Shown: in pieces, positions 33,991 to 46,092 of the stretch | Position numbering within the stretch: the stretch's first letter is position 1 | Layout: each line of letters starts with the position of its first letter | NCBI GenBank assembly: GCA_002269645.1 | Contig: NIVC01000227.1 | Coordinates: 434,001-498,000 of the forward strand | Direction: 5' to 3' | Source: Macrostomum lignano | Lineage: Eukaryota | Length of the DNA: 64,000 nucleotides | Position numbers and translations under genes: made by a program | The notes under the pieces: model-generated | What the model was told of the DNA's origin: nothing | Seen by the model: only the letters and a program-made list of their open reading frames with translations | Database searches by the model: none

Positions 33991-34599
33991 GAAAAATTTT
34001 ATTTTATGTTTGTGTTGACGTCATACATGCGCAACTTCTGAAATTACGCTGGCCGTGCGACTTAGTTTTCGATAAAAAATGCGACTTACCTATAAAAGAG
34101 CCAAGCAAAAACTTTAGGTAAACGGCAGGAGTAACTATGACCATATTTTTAAAGCTAAATGCCTCGCCAGCTAATTAGTGCTGCGTGCAGATTCGGCGTT
34201 TTTATAACAGCTAATCAGTATGTCATCTAGTGGCGGCATGAAGCAATTAGTAAATTGTCAGTACAGTGTAGTGAGCATACTACAAAAGTCATGATTCATG
34301 AATGTCCAGAAGTAAGTGAAGTGAATACAGTGTGACCTATAGCTCAAGAACGATTTGCTAGACGATTTGGCATGGAAGATGAGAGCCCTGATTCAGATGG
34401 CTCATCAGATGCAGAATACGAATCCAGTAGAGATACAAGCTGTGAAAACCCACAGATTTTTAAACCACTGAATTCTAATTCCCGGAACTATTTTTGCATA
34501 GATTCTAAATTTGAAGTCATGCTCAAACAAAAACTTGTTATTTGTTAACAGTTATGAAAAAGGCAAAGATGGGAGTAATGCATGTTAAACTAAGATTTG

Positions 34600-35090
34600 A
34601 GGCCTTTGCAAATTCTCTCCATTCCTCAATCTTCTCATCCTCTTTTTCTTTTCTCTCTCATCCCTTATCCCTTCTCTCTTTCCTCTCCTCTCTCCTCTCT
34701 TTCCTCTCCTCCCCTATCTCTTCTGTCTCCTCTCTACTTTCTTATCTCTCCTCTCGTCTCTCTCCATTCCACTCTACTCTCATCTTATCTTCCCTCTCGT
34801 CTCTCTCCACTCTACTCTCTCATCTTATCTCTCCTCTCTTTTCTACTCTCTCATCTCTCCTCTCTTCACTCTCCTCTCATCTCCTCTTTATCCTCTCTTC
34901 TCTCATCTACTCTCTCCTCTTTCCTCTTTCCTCTCTTCTGATCTCATCCATCATCTTTTCTTTCCTCTTTCCTCTCATCTCCTCTTCTCTCTCATCTCTT
35001 TTTCCTCCCTCAGCTTTTCTCTCCTCTTCTATCTTTTCTCCCATCGCATCGCTCGCCTCTCCTCTGTTTGCTTATCTCTAATCTTCTATT
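34600..35090. repeat. CT-rich low-complexity tract, followed by a GA-rich tract at 35140-35290
   Basis: Nearly pure pyrimidine run on the plus strand. Confidence 0.9.
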
Positions 35091-35139
35091 CCCTCTACTT
35101 TGAAGTAAGAAAATATGCACATATTTTTGCTGAAGATAA

Positions 35140-36240
35140 GAGGAGAGAAGAGGGCATTGAGGAGAAAGGGTAGAGAGAAAGGGGGAGAAGAGAGGAGAGT
35201 AAAAATGAGAGGAGAGAGAAGAGGGAAAAGGGGGAGAGAGAGAAGAGGGGAGGCAAGGTAGAGAAGAAGAGAGAGATGAGAGTTGAAGAGACACCAACCT
35301 AAGTAATGTTACCAACCTTAAGAAAGTAGTGTTACTTTTGCTTGGTGTGGACATATGGACAGTCACACTTGCATGTGCTTGCTGTCATTTGAAAGCGGCA
35401 AGTCTCTTCTTTAAAATGACACCAATTGCAAGAGATTTGAATCTGTGCTTCAAGAGATATGGACGATTAAGTAGAGAAAGGTCAGTCATAGACTTACAGA
35501 ACCTTAAAAATGTCAACAGAAAACTTTTATCACGAGCGTAATTACTCCAGAAAAAACAAAAAACACAACAGTACAGTACAGAAGCAGGTGAAACAGATAA
35601 CAAGCAAATTATCACACAAGCGAACAACATTAAAATCATTCATCGGTTGGCAGACTTGTCATCTTGCTGACAGCATGGTCGCCATGAGCTGTGCAAAGTT
35701 GCCTGTGGATGTCAGCCGATTTGGTTCCGGAGCTCCAAAGTGTAAAGATGGCATGTCGCTGCCCAGTCTTTGAATGCACATCCATTTGCAGTTCACAATT
35801 GAAAATTGAATGTCAATAAACTTTGCAGGCGCAGCAGAAGCAGTTTTACAAGTCTCGTAGTTTTATGAGACAGCCCCTCTCGTCCACTGCATCACATTTG
35901 GCCATAGACAGCCCATGATTACGAAAAAATCAATAAAATCGTAAAAGTTTTCTGTTGACATTTTTGAGGTTCTGTAAGTCTATGACTGACCTTTCTCTAC
36001 TTAATCGTCCATATCTCTTGAAGCACAGATTCAAATCTCTTGCAATTGGTGTCATTCTAAAGAAGAGACTTGCCGCTTTCAAATGACACCAAGCACATGC
36101 AAGTGTGACCGTCCACACGTCCACACCAAGCAAAAGTAACACTACTTTCCGGACGCCCCTCGTAGTTAGGAAGTTTCAAAGAACCCGAGGGGCGAGGGCC
36201 AGATAGAGGGGCTTCGCGAGCCGGAGTTTGCCAACCCCTG
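35140..36240 (+). mobile_element. hAT/Charlie-like MITE (copy 2), interrupted by a mariner derivative
   Basis: GA tract ending ACACCAACCT, then 3' part 36165-36240 (GAAGTTTCAAAGAACCCGAG...AGTTTGCCAACCCCTG) followed by CTCCAGAG. Confidence 0.6.
35322..36164 (-). mobile_element. Mariner-derived foldback element with 208-bp inverted arms and transposase N-terminus
   Basis: Arms 35322-35529 and 35942-36149. Right end reads TA|CGAGGGGCGTCCGGAAAGTA (mariner-type TIR). The spacer from ATG 35785 reads MDVHSKTGQRHAIFTLWSSGTKSADIHRQLCTAHGDHAVSKMT, a mariner HTH-like sequence. Confidence 0.8.
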
Positions 36241-36369
36241 CTCCAGAGTTTAAGAAATCAATGGGAAACTGTTGACGCGGGCTTCTGATTTCAAAGATCT
36301 TGTCTGTTGTTGAAGGCTTCTATTCTGTTTTTGCTCTCCTGCCACACTTGCACCTACTACCCCCTGATT

Positions 36370-37240
36370 GCCTCTGATTGTGACTTACTTCCCTCTTATT
36401 GCGACTTAGTTGCTTCTTTTTGCGACTTACCTAATCCTTTTTGCGACTTACCTAATCCTTTTTGCGACTTACTTAATCCTTTTTGCGACTTACCTAATCC
36501 TTTTGCGACTTACCTAACCCTTTTGCGACTTACCTAACCCTTTTGCGACTTACCTAATCCTTTTTGCGACTTACTTAATCCTTTTTGCGACTTACCTAAT
36601 CCTTTTTGCGACTTACCTAATCCTTTTTGCGACTTACCTAACCCTTTTGCGACTTAACTAATCCTTTTGCGACTTACCTGATCCTTTTGCGACTTACCTA
36701 ATCCTTTTGTGACTTAGCTGATCCTTTTGCGACTTACCTGATTCTTTTTGCGACTTACCTAATCCCTTTTGCGACTTACCTGATCCTTTTTGCGACTTAC
36801 CTAATCCTTTTTGCGACTTACCTAACCCTTTTGCGACTTAACTAATCCTTTTGCGACTTACCTGATCCTTTTGCGACTTACCTAATCCTTTTGTGACTTA
36901 GCTGATCCTTTTGCGACTTACCTGATTCTTTTTGCGACTTACCTAATCCCTTTTGCGACTTACCTAATCCTTTTTGCGACTTACCTAATCCTTTTTGCGA
37001 CTTACCTAACCCTTTTGCGACTTACCTGATCCTTTTTGCGACTTAGTTTGCTTCTTTTGCGACTTACCTGATCCTTTTTGCGACTTACCTGATTATTTTT
37101 ACAACTTAGTTTGCTTCTTTTGCGAATTGTTTTTCTTTTGCTTCACGATTTTCCCTGAACTGCTCTTTTTTTTCGCTTTCCTCTTGCCTTTCTTGGTTCT
37201 TGTGTTTTTCTGTTTTTGGTTGACTCAATTTTGTGACTTA
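36370..37240. repeat. ~21-bp tandem array (TTTTGCGACTTACCTAATCC), subterminal repeats of the hAT element
   Basis: About 40 copies; the same GCGACTTA motif occurs at 34058 and 34082 near the left TIR. Confidence 0.9.
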
Positions 37241-40200
37241 CCCCTGGTCAGCCACGATTTACGGTGGCCGGATCGGCCAGGTCGGCCAGCAGTTGCGCAT
37301 GTATGGTTGACGTTTCTTTTCTTACAACATAGAATATCTATATATTTATTACATGTGCTAATATTTTATATTTTAAATACTTATTAGCTATCTGAAATTC
37401 TTTTGATTACAAACTATCCAAAGGTGAAATAGATATGATAAGATTCTTTGTTATAATTTACACATAAAAATTTTAAATGTGGCAATGCAAAAAAGGTTCT
37501 TTATTGCTATAGAATAAGGTCATAGAGTTTTGAAATTTTAGTGTATATTACAAAATCATATTTCCAAATTTTTGCATATTTGGCATATACCTAAAAGTTA
37601 GCTTCAAAACAACAATAGAATATATCTTCTTTGTCACAGCAGTGTGCCTTAGGGCCAAGTCACAAATGAATGCCACACTATGAGCTGAATCCAGGGCATC
37701 TGTGTCAGCCAATAGGCAGTCAATGAAACACATCAAATGTGCGCCTGTCCTCATTAGTATAGTGCTTATAGCATTAGTAGTAGCATTTCCTACACTGGCT
37801 ACAAGTAGTACAACTTGGTACAGATGATGTAGCCTGTTATCTAGAGTTGCGAATAGTGCAAATAGCCTAAAAACTCTGGTGTACACTAGACACCTTCCTG
37901 ACACTTTTGACAATAGCATAGGCCTATTCCACACTCCAGATCATGTAGTATAGGCCTAAGTCATAAAATTAAGTTGGATTTATATAGCATTAAGTAGCAG
38001 GCCTAGTATGATTTCAGAGATAGCACATATTATATCATATATTGAAGGTCTTTCTTTAAGGAAAAGTAAGTTCTCATTGGGCCTACACTAATTTTGAGGT
38101 AAATAAAATGTCATGAACTTGATGAAGCCTTAACACTTTCTGTTTGAATATTTAATTTAGGCTAATAAATTATTTTTGTTGGTGACAACAACGACCAAAA
38201 ACTAAATCAATGGGGTTCATTTAATTAATAAAATATATATAAAAATGGCTTGCATAGCAATAATACCATAAGTTTGCATTTAAAAATTCTAACACAACTC
38301 GAAACTTTTTTCTACATCTTGTTACTTTTCATTAAAAAACAACAGTGCTTCACCTAGCAATAGCCTAGCCTAGCAATAGCCATTGGTAGTATAGAAATGT
38401 CATAAATTATTTTATCAATAGGCCTATTCTATACCCCTAATATATAGAAAGTCAAAAATGATTACATACATGTGCATAATTCATTATGAAAAGAAAATCG
38501 AAAGCAACAGCCTTTTAATTTTTTGCAATGATAATAATGCTAATTAGTTATTACTGTAGCAGTGTAGCTCAGATAGCATATGTTGTCACTGAAATTTGAA
38601 GCCATTTTCTTGGAAATTATTTTATCGAATATAATCGAAAATTAACAGTTAAAAAAATTAACAAATTATACCTACAAATATCGTTTCGGTGTGAAAAAAA
38701 GATAAATATTATGCTTCAAGTTTTGAGCCTTCAAGTCCTAAAACATTTTTGCGGTTAAAGGTCTGCATACGTTCGACAATTTTGGGGGCGCTATAGCGCC
38801 AGCATCAGATAAGGCAGTCGCACAATGCAGCACCAAAGGTCCAACTACAGTGGTCCTTAGCAAGTAACTGATGTGATTGTAAGACAGTGAGTGCACTAGG
38901 GCCGGTCCGGTTGAGGCTCTATCCGTACCTGCAGCCACAGTTCTTTTGTCTGGCACTGATCGATGCACCCATTGTTTTTGGACCCCAGCGTTGACTAAAG
39001 CGGTTTCCCGTCCTGCACCCAGCTCTCTGAGAGGCATTACGATTTTCGATTTACTCTCTATCTTAACCGATCCAACCCTTGGGACCCAGCCAATAGAGGG
39101 TCTAATTAGGAAACTGTCTGCTATATATAGTAACATCGAGTATGAAGGGCTAATACTACATGGTATACATCTGGCCGTTATCTGCACGCTTTTTGTTTAA
39201 TACATAAAGGTTTGAAGGACTGGAAATGAACAGGAGAACAGAGAACAGAGAAATCACACGATCTATAGCTAGACCAATGGAGCCCGGTTAAACGTTACTA
39301 TCGGTTGGAAAAAACTGCCTGCAACAAGCCACATCTGGATTGTCATCCTCACAGATGGATATGTGATCTCATTCAATGGCAAACCGATCGGAGCACCTTG
39401 TGGAAAAGAAATTCAAGCAATTACTGTCAAATGGAGATTGACGATTTCGTGCTGCCCGACGATATATTGACCTTCATGATGGCATATGTTCGCGATTTAC
39501 TGCGTGCGTAGCGTTGATCGAAGACCTCGAAAGATTGACAGACGAGCTAGAATAAAGCGTCACGAGTGTCAAATAAGACGTCAGACGGATCAGTGTCAAA
39601 AAGTTGTTCAACTTCATGGCATCGACACCGTCTTTAAAAATTGACTTGATGACGGCTGAGCCGGAGGACGTCAAACGTGGGCTGCGATTGATCTACGGCA
39701 TACATGTACGTTTCGTAAGCCAGACGGCGGATATCATTCGCAAGCTTTGCTAATTTACGCACCTTTAATTTACCCAAATGACCCTATAGTTTAATGTGGA
39801 CATTATTGCCAAAGTGATGTTTCTCATACATCTCAATTGTTTGTTAAATTGTCCCGTTGAATTGTTATATAAAAACTTGTAAAAACCCTAACCATAGCCC
39901 TAACCCTAACCTTAACCTCTATCTATAGTACTTCTATAGAAATATCCCCGCCGTTCTTATGGTTGAATGGTAACCAGCAGTCTGCCGATCCTCTCCTTCT
40001 CTTCTTTCTCTCCCCTCTCTTTCTGTTCTCTCCCTCTCTCCTTCTATTCACTCCCTTTCTCCTTTCCTTCTCGCTCCTTCTCTTTGTTTCCTTTCTTTCT
40101 TTTTAGATCCCTTGTCAAAAGCTTTCCCTGTATTTCATTATATAGAATGCTTGTCGGCTTTTTCTTTTCAACTCCCATAATAGCTCGTGACTGTACACTC

Positions 40201-40353
40201 CGTAACGACCCTATCAACAAATATCTCAGTGCGAATCACTCACTCCTGTTTGTACATGTACCTTTGTATCCAAGCACAGCGCTTCACCAGCAACTTTCTG
40301 CTTTGGATCGGTTTTCCTCTCAACAAGCTCTCTCTCAAGTTCCCTCTCTAACC

Positions 40354-40751
40354 CAAGGGTCGGAGAACCCAGAGAACCCAGAGCATGACTGCGGACAGAG
40401 GAGGGGAGACAGGAGATAGAAGAGAGAAGAGAAGAGAGGAAAGGAGAGAGGAGAGCGGAGAAAGCGAGGAGAGAAGATGAGAGGAGAGGAGAGAAGAGGA
40501 GAGGAGAGGAGAGAAAATGAGAGGAGAGGAGAGAAGATGAGATTAGAGGAGAGAAGACAAGAGGAGAGAGGAGAGGAGAGAAAAGAGAAGAGAGGACAGA
40601 GGAGATTAGAGAAAAGGGAGCTGAGAAGACAGAGGCACAAACCTTGAGCGGGACGGATTGCTACTGTGAAGTTTAAATCAAAGGATCCGAGGGCCGGATA
40701 GAGTCTTTGCGGGTCGCATGTGGCCCTCGGGCCGGAGTTTGCCGTCCCCTG
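40354..40751 (+). mobile_element. hAT/Charlie-like MITE (copy 3, complete) with GA-rich core
   Basis: Ends CAAGGGTCGGAGAAC / GTTTGCCGTCCCCTG; perfect 8-bp TSD CTCTAACC (40346-40353 and 40752-40759). Confidence 0.9.
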
Positions 40752-42168
40752 CTCTAACCGCTCTCTCTCAAACACGATCAGCTCTATCTTGAGGGGGTAG
40801 AAAAGTATTGCTTTACAGATTACAGCGAAGAAATGGGCTTGAAAGCTCTAAATCTAAATTTAGAGCCAACAGTTCCATTTGTACGCGAGTGCATTCATGT
40901 ACCTGCAGCTGGTTATAACTATAACTTGCATTAGAAACTGGTTTTAAAACGCTATAGATAACGTCGCTCTTTAAAGAAACCGTTGGCCTCTCTGGAGAGA
41001 GGATCTTCTCTTTCTGGAAAATGTACTTTCTACTGGGGTAATTATTACCTACAAGTCAAATGGACAGCAAATTCAAGTAAGTCCACGGTGGGAATTCCGA
41101 CATTCCGACATCTGGAGATCGCTAGCAAATGTCAATCGGGTGACGCGGCGTCATACGTCGGCTAAACGTCGGTGAAATATGAAAGAACCCGTTTGTTAGA
41201 CGTCGCTGACATCGGGTTGCTGTACGGGAATAGGTCATAGGTATAGCTATCGATTCATACCGCTTTTAATTGCACTTTTCACGATCAACTGGTCGCATTA
41301 AACTTTAATGGGATGTAGCCACGACGACAAAACTAGGCAGGCCTAGACCCATGGCCGTTAAGCATCTGAGCTAACGTGTAGCTAGTGAAAGATATATGTA
41401 GATGATTTTAAGTCAATGGTTCCCTGCTCCTAACAGTGTCGGTTTCTAATACCCCTTTTGCTTCCTATTTGGCTTTTACAGCGTTCAAACGGGTGCGTTG
41501 AAAAACCCATAAAAATTCATTTTTACCATAGACTAAGAACTGAAATCACTACGGAGGCTATTTGGTCTATTCACTATCAGTTTAGTTGGTTTCACGAACA
41601 TCAAATTCCAAACATCTACATTCACGGTCCTCTCTGTCTATCCGACTGGTTTTAGCGTAAGGTCCTCTACACCATTCTTTATGTTAGTCTAGGAAAACTG
41701 AGTCAAGTCATGTTTGCAAGCGAAGGAGAAAACCATTGAAAGATCTCTACCGAAGTGACGAAAGTATTTATTTGACTACATAACACGAAACCACGTACAT
41801 TAGTAGCCAAACGCCATCCGATTGGCTGGGGGTTAAAACCATGCACACTGGCAAGCACAAATGTACACAGGCAGGGGTAAAACGATAGCGCGCAAGAATG
41901 ATCAGTCACGGGAGAGAGAGAGAGAGAGAGACAAGTGAAACAACATGAAAAACCAAAGTACAACCCCAACACTTTACTTTGACGTGGCCCAAAGTTCCAG
42001 TTAAAACCAACTTGATTTCTGTTGCCTAGGGCTTTCTATGGTTCGTCTAGGTACGTGCTCGTAAATATTTAAAACAGACGGTTACATTAATCTGCTACGT
42101 TAAAGTACTCATCTTTTCAATGCTTTTAAGACTTAAACGCGTTTTATAAGTTACTGCTTTTGTTTTAG

Positions 42169-44141
42169 AGCCCTTCCCAGTGACCGAGAGTTGAGCCAGC
42201 AGCTGCACTCGGCGCTGACTCAGTCAGGATTCGTGGAATCCAGAGCTGCTTTGCAAAGCGCTGTTGCTGACGTGTTGCAGGATATCCTAAGGAAAAGAGA
42301 TCACAATGAGCTCTTTGTAGTAGGCAGCTTCTCCGATGGCTGGGGCAATAACTTTAGGACCCTGGACGGCAGAACTGATGTTGACGCCGACATTGACATG
42401 ATGAGGCTGATCCCCGACAAAACGTATCATCCAAGAGGCATTTGCCAGTGTGATGGAGCGTACATCCAGCATGAGTATCGCAACGGCCACATTCAGTGCT
42501 TCGGATTTGGTGAGACTTCACTTTTAATGCCTGGGCTTCTTTGCGGGATAAAAATATTCCAATTCCAAATGACATATATTGATCAATTAATGTAAACCCA
42601 ACTTAACCCAGACTCTTTGATTCCTCGAAATGGTCATTTACGCGAAAGTGGGTCAAATTCCCAAACATTACAAACATTATGCAAATGTTTGTACTATGCA
42701 TTTTCACTGTACCAAACAATTAAATAACATTGGGACGAAAAATCTGACCAAATCTCACGAGAATGGTTTGTCTTTACCTTGGGTCATAAATGCGCTCCGT
42801 TTGTGTTGCGTATTTTTCTTACTTTATGAATATTCAACCAGTGGTTAATAGTTATTTAATATTAATTTAAACACTACCACAGCCGCTAAAGGGTCGAGTA
42901 CGGCTCTCGCGTCGCCAGGGTCCGCCCTAAGACCCGCCGTGGACCTGGTTTTCGCTTGTCGTCTCTGCCGCTATCCTCAAATCGTCTCGCTATCCAAATT
43001 TTTCGAGCCCGTGAGACGGTCGCTGGAGCAGGATTTAGAATCTGCCTCTCTGCCTTGTCACGTGGTGCTGGCAGCCTCACCTGGTCAAAAAGGAAAGGAG
43101 CTACGTGCGAGCACTAGCTTCCTTGAGAAGCGAATGTTGCGAAGCTTAACAACTATTCAAGGTCAGCTGTTCGTCACACTTAAATATCTAGTCAAAAAGG
43201 TCATCTGTGACAAGTATGGCTTTAATGTAGAAGGTCTGAAGTCTTTCCACGTGAAAATTATTGCATTGCAAATGGTTCAGGAGACACCAATGGAACAATG
43301 GAAGCCCGAGAATCTCGTGACGCTCACGAGACAGGCGCTGCAGATGCTGCTCGACTGCATAGAAGATAGCAACACGCCTGAAAACACTGATGGTCGGATT
43401 TTGAGTCATATCTTTCTAAGAGATGCAGCAGTGTACCTCAAGGGTGCAGTTTTTGGGGACAGAAACTGGACGGATCAGACGTTGAGAAGCATCGCAAGCA
43501 CATTAAAAGCTGTGATAAATCGGCTGCCACAGCACCTGCTGCAGTTTATTGGCAGTCTCAAACGAGTGGTTGAGCTAGACAGGTTTTACTTCCATCCGTT
43601 TCAAATCCTGCCGGATCTGAGTCCCAGGTCCGTCGCGAATTCTAACGGCCCGGTAGAGTACCATGAGATCTACGACCTGGTGAGGAAGTGCGTTGCGCAA
43701 CTCTCTTTCGAAGATTGTCCAGCAACATCCCGGGAGTCTCTCGTGAATCTGATTGCCAGGCTACCAGACTGCGCTCGCTCAGCACGGGAGGCACTCAGAG
43801 CTCTGTTGCACTTTAAGTTCGGTGATCTTAACTCCGCATTGGAAGTTCTAAGAGAGTGCAGCGGCCACGCAGTAAGCAGAGGTATTCCGTGGTCTGCTTC
43901 AAGGCCAGCTACCGAATTCACTGCAGAATATGTGTGGTGCCACCTGAAGAGTGTCGATTCTGCGTGGAGGTTCTGCTTTGAGTTCGATCAATTGCCGAAG
44001 TTTAATTTTTTGACAAAATCTTTGGCAGACAGTTATCCTACTCAAGTCAAGGATATTTGTGAAAACTACTTTTACTTGGACTTTGACAGACTGCTATTGG
44101 CGTTGCGACTCGAGCTCGAGTTAAAATTTGAACAAAGGTAA
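42169..44141 (+). CDS. Mab-21/cGAS-like nucleotidyltransferase (cGLR-like), ~530 aa, apparently intact
   Basis: Exons 42169/42171-42509 and 42883-44141 join in phase 1. NTase motif VVGSFSDGWG...DADID, third acidic AVDLV, CHVV, SFLEKRML, LKYLVKK, LKSFHVKI, W.PENL (Mab-21 C-lobe). Possible start exon ATGGTTCGTCTAG|GT at 42038-42050 is uncertain; the ORF end overlaps an AG|GTAAGT donor, so a further exon is possible. Confidence 0.8.
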
Positions 44142-45011
44142 GTATGCCAATTTTATGTGAAAATTTCTCACTTTTTGATGGAGAGAATCAGAATATTGAT
44201 CAGTCTTTTGTTTGATTTTTTATCAATATCGTGATAAATTTCGGCCTTTTCGGCCCCCTTTGTGGGGAAGCCTTCGGGCCTCAGGTCTCAGAAATAAATC
44301 ATGCAATTAGAGTCCTGGCCCCCCACTCCTGTCAGATAGTCAGCCCCATGGTAGCTTGATCGTGTGGCGAGCAGTCTAGGTCCTATAGCTAAGAGAGGGA
44401 CAGCGAGAGACAAGCAGGGAGAATTTTGAAGGTAGAGATCAGCTAATCCGCAGATTAACTAACCCGCTGCCACCAGCCCCTGTGTCCTGGCTCACCAAAC
44501 CGGACTTTCGAAATCGGGCTTCCGACTAGAGGGGGCTTTGCACTTACCTGCCAACTAGTGTCTTTTTGCTGTCAATCTCGAAGTCATAGCCGATGATAAG
44601 GGACTCTGCTGGGACTTGATCGCATTGGCCATGCAGGTACAGAGGGGACTTGTGCAGGGGATTCTTGCAGTGGCGAGACTATGGGGTAGCTACATGTACT
44701 ATTACATAGCTAAATACGAGGAATTGTACTTTTGGCCTTCAACGTGCCAACTAGCCTCTCCTAGCGCTGATAATAGACTAACTCGAACTTCAGAGACCGC
44801 ATGATTCATCACCCGAGCCGCTTGGCTAACCTAGAGTGCACAGAGTACATCTCTGGAGCCGATTCTGCACTATTGGCAATTTCGTTAACTGATTTGATAG
44901 GTTAATCGACTGAGAACTGCCTTGCCATTGGCCCACTGTTACCGGCGCCTACTAGCTTAGCTACTCATCTGAGCCATCGGCGAACAAAGAAATAAAACCG
45001 ATAAAAATAAC

Positions 45012-45686
45012 TGTTAGATTTAACCTTCTCCTTAGATCACTTCACACTTCAGATTGTATTGGAGCTTCAGACTACTAGCAGTATTATTGAATGGCTTCTG
45101 CCTCAGCAACAGCACTACTGAACAAAATGAGCAAAAGTTTGCGCCTAATCCAGCTACTGAAACAGGGGACAGATAAGGAATCACCCAATCAAGCAAGTCT
45201 AGGTAGCCTCTCACCCAACCAATCAGAAACTCAACAGCCGGAGACCAGGTAATCCACAGTGACCGAATCGGCTTAGCGCTTCGCAGCTGTAGGCCCGTGA
45301 TGATGCTGTCACACACTTCGCAAATAGCTAGCAGGTGTTAATCTTGATGATCGTTGCTGTCGACCGGGGGAATTCGTTCTTGATGATGATGGGGGAAGTC
45401 GCGATCCGGGGATCAAGAGACGACGGTCGAGCTCCGGGAACCAGCAGTTGCGTACTGGGTCCGAGCAAGTTGAGGTCCGAGCGGCCCAAAAACACCGGTT
45501 TATAAAGCCGCCAACTGGATCGCAATTTGTTAGAATGGAACACCTCGACGCTGATTGGCTGAGCCGATTTGCTATAACTGACGTCAAATTTTCTGATTGG
45601 CTGAGCTTGTTGCCACCCAAACTAACGTGACCAGAAAATCCTATCAGTTCCCTCGGGGCCATAAAAATACGGCAGGTGCAGTCACA
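45012..45686. mobile_element. Candidate solo LTR (675 bp)
   Basis: TGTTAG...GTCACA termini; flanks AATAAC/AATCAC (5 of 6 match); internal TATAAA near 45504 and several ATTGG/CCAAT boxes. No clear poly(A) signal. Confidence 0.4.
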
Positions 45687-46092
45687 AATCACTCAAAATC
45701 GCTACATTATGATTCATGGCTTTTCTCGCAGTCATGTACTTTGGACAAATGAAGTTCGAAGAACGATACAATCTCAAGCTTAGCTCAAAAAGTGCTTATT
45801 TAATTTTTTCTAGTCGAAGAAATGCTGCGGATCAATTTAAAGTAGTCAAAATTTTGAATTCTAATACTGATAATTGAATGAAGCTACAGAAAGCTGAGTC
45901 AAACACCGATATTAATAATAAATATATTTGACATTCCATTTGGATTTTTTACGCTAAAATGATTTACAAACAAAACCCTATGTAATTGCACGGTGTTTTT
46001 TGACACAATCCATCCTTTTATTTATAATAGTAATCTGGTAAGAATGTTTAAAATATTTTGCTCAGTTTTTGAGTTTGTCCTTCAAATTTCAG

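Larger units (their letters stand above)
33267..34021 (+). mobile_element. Penelope-like element remnant: inverted pLTR, 5'-truncated GIY-YIG endonuclease, pLTR
   Basis: Inverted arms 33279-33535 and 33765-34021 (257 bp each). Frame 33541-33798 reads YIGKTKRHLHTRAREH...HLL...FKVLD...KLKIIEASYIRMHKPNLN, the PLE endonuclease C-terminus. The right arm continues at 37314-37325 after the hAT insertion. Confidence 0.88.
34022..37305. mobile_element. Non-autonomous hAT-type DNA transposon, 3284 bp, carrying nested insertions
   Basis: Perfect 15-bp TIR CATACATGCGCAACT (34022-34036) / AGTTGCGCATGTATG (37291-37305); 8-bp TSD GTTGACGT (34014-34021 and 37306-37313); GCGACTTA motifs near both ends; no transposase ORF seen. 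Confidence 0.88.

Noticed and set aside
34270-34548. Short open frame inside the hAT element (AQERFARRFGMEDESP...)
   Set aside because: No transposase motif (BED finger, DDE, dimerisation domain) was recognisable.
34542-35366. Leu/Ser-rich and Arg/Glu-rich ORFs in the CT and GA tracts (also 9013-9213, 39967-40775, 59636-60622 tail)
   Set aside because: Low-complexity translation artefacts.
38738-39674. Moderately GC-rich ORFs (149, 84, 68 and 66 aa)
   Set aside because: No recognisable domain, no consistent splice structure and no clear codon bias; may be decayed repeat sequence.
39884-39917. Telomere-like CCCTAA repeats
   Set aside because: Only about 5 degenerate units; such short tracts are common in repeat remnants and do not show a telomere fusion.
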